Source of the DNA: Puniceicoccaceae bacterium
GTDB lineage: Bacteria > Verrucomicrobiota > Verrucomicrobiia > Opitutales > Coraliomargaritaceae
Assembly (NCBI GenBank): GCA_050301035.1
Contig: JBNKYT010000013.1
Coordinates: 81,796-145,795, forward strand
Length of the DNA: 64,000 bases
Reading direction: 5' to 3'
The notes below the pieces were generated by a model. That model saw nothing but the letters and a program-made list of their open reading frames with translations, made no database searches and was not told where the DNA came from. Below are positions 59,081 through 64,000 of the stretch, in pieces (position 1 is the first letter of the stretch; each line of letters begins with the position of its first letter). A program made the translations under genes and the position numbers.

Positions 59081-60343
59081 ATGAACACAGCCGAATCCCA
59101 CATCGAAATCCTCGCCCCCGCAGGTTGCTACCCTTCGCTGCAAGCCGCCATCGATTCCGGCGCGGACGCCGTTTACTTCGGCCTCGCCCAGCTCAACATG
59201 CGGGCCCGCTCGCGCCGCTCGTTTCACGTGGAAGACCTCGCCGAGATCATGCAACGCTGCCGCGCTGGCGGCATCCGCGGCTACCTGACGCTCAACACCC
59301 TCCTCTACGATCACGATCTCAAGCTCTGCTACAAACTGCTCGAAACCGCAAAGGCACACGGAGTCGATGCCGTCATCGCCGCCGATATGGCCTGTGTGCT
59401 GAAGGCCCGGGAACTCGGACTCGAAGTGCACCTCTCCACCCAACTCTCGATATCCAACTACGAGTCATTCAAGTTCTATGCCCAGTTCTGCGACCGCATC
59501 GTGCTGGCCCGGGAAGTGAACCTCTCCCTCATTCAGAAGATCCGCCGCCAAGTTCTGGCCGACGAACTGCGCGGCCCCAACGGGCGAATCGTCGAGATCG
59601 AGGCCTTTGCCCACGGCGCACTCTGCATCGCCGTCTCCGGCCGCTGCGGCATGTCCCTCTTCACCGACAACGCCTCCGCCAACCGCGGAGCCTGCGTCCA
59701 AAACTGCCGCAAAGAATACATCGTCAAAGATAAAGAAAGCGGCAAAGAGCTCCTCATTGACAATAACTTCGTCATGTCGCCCAACGACATCTCGACTATC
59801 GAGTTCCTCGATCAGGTCATCCAAGCCGGCGTCCACACGCTCAAGATCGAAGGCCGCGGCCGCTCGCCCGAATACGTCAAACTCGTCACCCGCGCCTACC
59901 GGAAAGCCGTCGATGCGGTTCAAGACGGCAGCTACTCCAAGGAGTTCGTCGCCACACTCCTCGACGACATCCGCAAGGTTTACAACCGCGGACTCTCCGA
60001 CGGCTACTACCTCGGACGCGAGCAAGGCTGGTCCAACGCCTACGGATCGAAAGCCACACACCAGAAAATCCTGCGCGGACACGTCACCCACTACTACTCC
60101 CAAATCGGCGTAGCCGAAGTACAAGCCACCGGACCACTCTCAGTCGGTCAGGAATTCATCATCATCGGCGAAACCTCCGGCGTAGTCGAAGGAACCGTCG
60201 AGAGCCTGCGCCTCGACAGCGGAGAAGTCAGCGAAGTCAAAATCGGCGATGTCTTTGCCATCAAAGTCAGCCAACGCGTGCGCCGCAACGACAAGTTTTT
60301 CATCATGAGCCCCGTGCCCGCAACCACCGCTTCCGCATCGTGA
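59081..60343 (+). CDS. Peptidase U32 family protein (RlhA/TrhP/UbiU-like)
   Basis: U32 signature region ([19 protein letters not shown]). 420 aa. Confidence 0.9.
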   Translation: MNTAESHIEILAPAGCYPSLQAAIDSGADAVYFGLAQLNMRARSRRSFHVEDLAEIMQRCRAGGIRGYLTLNTLLYDHDLKLCYKLLETAKAHGVDAVIAADMACVLKARELGLEVHLSTQLSISNYESFKFYAQFCDRIVLAREVNLSLIQKIRRQVLADELRGPNGRIVEIEAFAHGALCIAVSGRCGMSLFTDNASANRGACVQNCRKEYIVKDKESGKELLIDNNFVMSPNDISTIEFLDQVIQAGVHTLKIEGRGRSPEYVKLVTRAYRKAVDAVQDGSYSKEFVATLLDDIRKVYNRGLSDGYYLGREQGWSNAYGSKATHQKILRGHVTHYYSQIGVAEVQATGPLSVGQEFIIIGETSGVVEGTVESLRLDSGEVSEVKIGDVFAIKVSQRVRRNDKFFIMSPVPATTASAS

Positions 60344-60567
60344 AACTCATCAAAATCGCCCACAAGAAACCCGAGTGCATCGGCTGCATGCTCTGCGCTG
60401 AAATCGCGCCCCAATACTGGACGATGGACGAGAACGGCGAAGCCCAACTGCTCCGAGTCACCCGGGAGGACAAAACCTTTCAATACGGCGAAGGCTTCGA
60501 GGAAGACCGCACGATTCTCGAAGAAGCCGAAGACGGCTGCCCCGTGAACATCATACGGATCGGCTAG
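60340..60567 (+). CDS. Small ferredoxin
   Basis: [12 protein letters not shown]...DGCPVNII cluster-binding pattern. The GTG start overlaps the U32 stop (GTGA at 60340-60343). Confidence 0.7.
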   Translation: MKLIKIAHKKPECIGCMLCAEIAPQYWTMDENGEAQLLRVTREDKTFQYGEGFEEDRTILEEAEDGCPVNIIRIG

Positions 60568-60603
60568 TCTAGATCCAGAGGACGGCAGTCAGAGGGCAAA
60601 AGA

Positions 60604-61287
60604 TCAATCCATCCGCGGCGCCGTGGAAATCTTCTCCTTGGTGAAGGCGATGGTGTTTTCCGCCAGATAGCCGCGGAAAGGCAAGGTCGGCATGACCAAG
60701 GCCCGACGACCGAGAATCGATCCCGGATTCAAGACCGAATTGCAGCCGACTTCGGCCGCATCGCCGATCAAGGCGCCAAGCTTGCGCAGCCCCGACTTCG
60801 CCCGACTGCCGTCCGGCAGCTGCACCGGCACTTCCAACTGGTCCAGACGTAGATTCGAGCAAATCACCCCCGCACCGAGGTGCGCACGGTTACCAAGAAT
60901 GCTGTCTCCGACATAGCTGAAATGCGGCACCTGTACCCGATCCAACAGCAGACAATTCTTAAACTCGCAGGAGTTGCCCAGCACACACCCGGCCCCCGCG
61001 ATCACATTACTGCGGATAAAGACACCCGGGCGCAGTTCGCAACCTTCGCCGATGTATGCCGGGCCTTGGATCGAACCGAAAGGCGGCAACTGGACCGAAG
61101 GGTGAATGTAAACATCTCCTTCGATGCGGAAACCCGGGGGAACCTCACCGGAATAGCCACCCAAGTCCGCACCGGCCAAAGCCTTACGAATCAAAGGCAC
61201 CCAGTCCCATGGAGCCAGATCCCCCGCGAACGTATCGGCAAAGGGCAAGGACTTCGGAAAATCAAATAAATCACAGGCGTTGAGCAT
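60604..61287 (-). CDS. Hexapeptide-repeat (left-handed beta-helix) transferase, GlmU C-terminal-like
   Basis: Repetitive [LIV]-G-x4 pattern (IGEGCELRPGVFIRSNVIAGAGCVLGNSCEFKNCLL...VGDSILGNRAHLGAGVICSN). Confidence 0.7.
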   Translation of the reverse strand: MLNACDLFDFPKSLPFADTFAGDLAPWDWVPLIRKALAGADLGGYSGEVPPGFRIEGDVYIHPSVQLPPFGSIQGPAYIGEGCELRPGVFIRSNVIAGAGCVLGNSCEFKNCLLLDRVQVPHFSYVGDSILGNRAHLGAGVICSNLRLDQLEVPVQLPDGSRAKSGLRKLGALIGDAAEVGCNSVLNPGSILGRRALVMPTLPFRGYLAENTIAFTKEKISTAPRMD

Positions 61288-61370
61288 GCCCCGATCTGAA
61301 CAATTAGCCTGCCCCCCTGCGAACTAAAAAAGCACCGTCGAAGGCAGTCGAACCAGCCGGGATATTCGAG

Positions 61371-61783
61371 GCGAGCTCGCGTCGTCCGGGAGGGAGGTTG
61401 TCCTCAACCTCCGTTGCGGGATCGTTGCCTGCCGAATCCGCCGGGGCAACTGAGGACAGATTGACCTCCCCGCGACATGCGTCGTACGGGAGGGAGGTTG
61501 TCCCCAACCTCCGTTGCGGGGTCGTTACTTGCCGAATCCGCCGGGGCAACTGAGGACAGATGCCCCCCCAGGCGACTCGCGTCATACGGGAGGGAGGTTG
61601 TCCTCAACCTCCGTTGCGGGGTCGTTGCCTGCCGTAACTGCCGGAGCAACTGAGGACAGATGCCCTCCCAGGCGACTCGCGTCGTACGGGAGGGAGGTTG
61701 TCCCCAACCTCCGTTGTGGTTTCGTTGCCTGCCGGACCGCCGGGGCAACTGGAGACAGGTTGACCTCCCGCTGCTGACTCGTC
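61371..61783 (+). repeat. Tandem array of four 100-bp structured repeats (plus a partial fifth start)
   Basis: The 33-nt core GGGAGGGAGGTTGTCCYCAACCTCCGTTGCGGG starts at 61388, 61488, 61588 and 61688. Units are contiguous, and each has two hairpins. Confidence 0.9.
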
Positions 61784-61908
61784 CCTGTCTTTCGTGTTTT
61801 TCGTCGTTAACAGTTAAAAGACTCCATTCAACGAAGTCGCAGCAATTCAGGTTGGATTTAAGCGGGAATCCTCCCTAGCTTCTCCCGTTTCCCAACTTCC
61901 AAGAACCC

Positions 61909-63204
61909 GTGCACGACGTAAAAGATAAACCCAAAATGGTCGAACAGGCCATGCTCATCGGCATCACCTTGCCGCAGGACTCCGAGTCGACAACCCGCAG
62001 CCTGCTGGATGAGTTGCGTGAACTCGTCACCACCCTCGGCATCGGGATCGGACACGAGCGCATGGTCTCGATCCGTAAACCGCAGGCCAAGTTCCTGGTC
62101 GGTTCGGGCAAGGCCGAGGAACTGATCGAAGAAGCACGCGAGCACGGTTGCGATGTCATCGTATTCGATAACGAGCTGACTCCGGCCCAACAAAGGAACT
62201 GGGAGAAAGCGACCGACGACAAGATCCTCGTGATCGACCGGCAGGAAGTGATTCTCGATATTTTCGGCAACCGCGCCCAAACCAAAGAAGCGGTCCTGCA
62301 GGTCGAGCTCGCACGCTTGGAGTACAACCTGCCCCGCCTGAAGCGGGCATGGACCCACCTCGACCGACAGCGCGGCGGCGGCTCGATGCAGCGCGATGCC
62401 GGTGAAACACAATTGGAGCTCGACCAGCGCATGGTGCGCGCCCAGATCGCCCGCGTGAAGCGCGAGCTGGTGAACGTAATCCAGCACCGTCAGGTCCAGC
62501 GCAAGAAGCGCATGACCGTCCCCGTTCCGACCTGCGCGATCGTGGGCTATACCAATGCCGGCAAGTCTTCGCTGCTGAACAAGCTGACCAACTCCGACAT
62601 CCTGGCCGAAGACAAACTTTTCGCCACGCTCGACCCGACCTCGCGCCGCTGCCCGCTCCCCAGCGGCCAGCCGCTCGTCATCACCGACACCGTCGGCTTC
62701 GTCCGCAATCTCCCCCACCGTCTGGTCGACGCATTCAAGGCCACGCTCGAAGAAGCCATCGTATCGAACTTCCTGATTCACGTCCTCGACGTCAACAGCC
62801 CCGAAGTGGAAGCCCACGCCGAAACCACACTCCATGTCCTCAACGAGCTCGGAGCGAAAGACAAAACCATCCTCACCGTCTTCAACAAGGTGGATGACCT
62901 CTGGGATGAAAGCATCCGCACGAATCTGGCCCTGCAACACCCCGACGCCCTGTTCATCAGCGCCCACACCGGCGAAGGCATCCCGGCCCTGTTGAACCGG
63001 ATCGAGAGCATCATCGAGAGCGATTTCGAGCAACTCCGGCTGCTCATTCCCCACGAGCGCTACGATCTCGTCGCCCGCCTGCACCGCGAAGGCGGCGTAC
63101 GCAAAGAAGAAGCCCGCGACGAAGGCACTTACATCGTCGGCTCCGTCCCCGAACGCCTGCTCCCCGCCCTACGGCCCTTCGTCCTCAAAACCGACGAAGC
63201 TTAG
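61909..63204 (+). CDS. hflX: GTPase HflX
   Basis: HflX N-terminal domain, then G1 (GYTNAGKSSLLN), DTVGF and NKVD. GTG 61909 per the ORF track; ATG 61936 is an alternative start. Confidence 0.95.
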   Translation: MHDVKDKPKMVEQAMLIGITLPQDSESTTRSLLDELRELVTTLGIGIGHERMVSIRKPQAKFLVGSGKAEELIEEAREHGCDVIVFDNELTPAQQRNWEKATDDKILVIDRQEVILDIFGNRAQTKEAVLQVELARLEYNLPRLKRAWTHLDRQRGGGSMQRDAGETQLELDQRMVRAQIARVKRELVNVIQHRQVQRKKRMTVPVPTCAIVGYTNAGKSSLLNKLTNSDILAEDKLFATLDPTSRRCPLPSGQPLVITDTVGFVRNLPHRLVDAFKATLEEAIVSNFLIHVLDVNSPEVEAHAETTLHVLNELGAKDKTILTVFNKVDDLWDESIRTNLALQHPDALFISAHTGEGIPALLNRIESIIESDFEQLRLLIPHERYDLVARLHREGGVRKEEARDEGTYIVGSVPERLLPALRPFVLKTDEA

Positions 63205-63405
63205 AATCGGAGGAGAAGCCGGTCCTCCCAGCCGATCTGAGTTGCATTGCAATCGTTGGACCTCTGCCTCCATTGCGGGACATCCGCATACGCCCGCGCC
63301 ACGTAACGCAAACTTAACAATCCCAAAAGCCAATGGACTTGATCGCCTCGATTTCCACCGAAATCATGCCCCCGATTTCAACTGAAGATTCACCTTCGAG
63401 CCGCG

Positions 63406-64000
63406 ATGACCAGATCCCTTTCATTTTCCAAATTTCGCCCGACCCGTTTCCTGCCAACGTTGCTCGTTCTAGGCATCTCGATCACAGGCGGCCTATTCGC
63501 GGATAACAACTTGTCGTCGATGAAACGGCATCCGGATTATGTAGCCCGAGGTGTGTTCGAAACAAACGGGCACTATAGCTTCAGCATCCTCTGCAAACCA
63601 ACCGGCAAATCGGAATGGGTTGCCGAGGGTGCCAGTTTGGGCGAACTCTCGGTAATCGGTTACGACCCGAAATCGAAAGCCATTCGAGTCACTGTAGCCG
63701 GTTCTCCCTATGTCCTTTGGCTGCTCGGAGCTTCGGTTGCCGATTCCGGCGAAGACCGGCCAATGGCCACGGCGACTGGTAACGCCGCACAAGCAAACGC
63801 GGGAATCCAAGCAAACCCGCGCATCCGCTTCCGCTCTCCGACTCCCCCCGATCACACTTCATTCGGAAATCACCGGGCCAACGTCAGCAACGACTCCCTC
63901 ACCCTTTCGACCGAAACGCAAGTCACCGGCAGCACCCACACCTTGCCGCCGGAAATCCAGCAACGCCTCCATGCCCAAGCGATGACCGGACAAAAGACTA
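63406..64000 (+). CDS. Hypothetical secreted protein (3' end outside window)
   Basis: My manual translation from ATG 63406 stays open to the window end: MTRSLSFSKFRPTRFLPTLLVLGISITGGLFADNN..., which is signal-peptide-like. It is absent from the ORF track, presumably because no stop lies in the window. No domain recognised. Confidence 0.4.
   Translation, partial: MTRSLSFSKFRPTRFLPTLLVLGISITGGLFADNNLSSMKRHPDYVARGVFETNGHYSFSILCKPTGKSEWVAEGASLGELSVIGYDPKSKAIRVTVAGSPYVLWLLGASVADSGEDRPMATATGNAAQANAGIQANPRIRFRSPTPPDHTSFGNHRANVSNDSLTLSTETQVTGSTHTLPPEIQQRLHAQAMTGQKT

Noticed and set aside
61304-61777. ORFs 61304..61585(-), 61404..61748(-) and 61514..61777(+) as repeat-protein genes
   Set aside because: They run through the 100-bp repeats. 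Because 100 is not a multiple of 3, each unit is read in a different frame. The products are low-complexity Arg/Pro/Gly strings with no start context.
61371-61783. Possible CRISPR array
   Set aside because: The repeats are 100 bp and directly abutting. The only variable parts are ~20-nt degenerate segments of the same unit, not unique spacers. No cas genes are present in the window.
63267-63279. CCTCCATTGCGGG downstream of hflX as a third repeat-family locus
   Set aside because: Only a 13-nt match with one mismatch to the core. The flanking hairpin arms are absent, so the match is too short to exclude chance.

Overview
High-G+C bacterial chromosome segment. Protein sequences and gene order look PVC/Verrucomicrobia-like to me, but this is unverified. 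It holds about 60 tightly packed protein genes, mostly core functions. From left to right: a Che-like signalling module running off the left edge (CheA-receiver hybrid, CheW/DUF4388-like fusion, second CheW); thrB-smpB-rpoZ; rplM-rpsI; an argC-J-B-D-F operon with an appended BadF-type ATPase; a divergently arranged sugar-modification cluster (large FAD protein, XRE-cupin regulator, two TIM-barrel isomerases, Gfo/Idh/MocA, SDR); lolCD; recQ; lpxB; cysC-cysD-cysN; infC; hemW; tpiA-pgk-gap; tRNA-Val(GAC); a complete cbb3 oxidase locus (ccoS, fused ccoNO, ccoQ-like, single-haem ccoP, ccoG, ccoI); a U32 protein plus ferredoxin; and hflX. There are three atypical parts. (i) A visibly lower-G+C island at about 3.9-8.5 kb carries two GNATs, a reverse-transcriptase relic, a secreted trypsin-like protease and a G-poor AT-rich tract. 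(ii) A lower-G+C islet at 29.1-30.9 kb carries a RES toxin with an unusually large Xre/DUF2384-type antitoxin. (iii) An islet at 24.4-25.3 kb carries an orphan secreted protein. The most unusual non-coding signal is an array of four exactly 100-bp-phased, hairpin-containing tandem repeats upstream of hflX (61.37-61.78 kb). A related 1.3-copy element lies 17 kb away (44.43-44.56 kb). I propose three short genes that are absent from the supplied ORF track: an entericidin-like lipoprotein, ccoS, and a 55-aa membrane protein after ccoG. I saw no rRNA, CRISPR array, intact transposase or prophage. All family calls rest on motif recognition by eye; no database search was possible.
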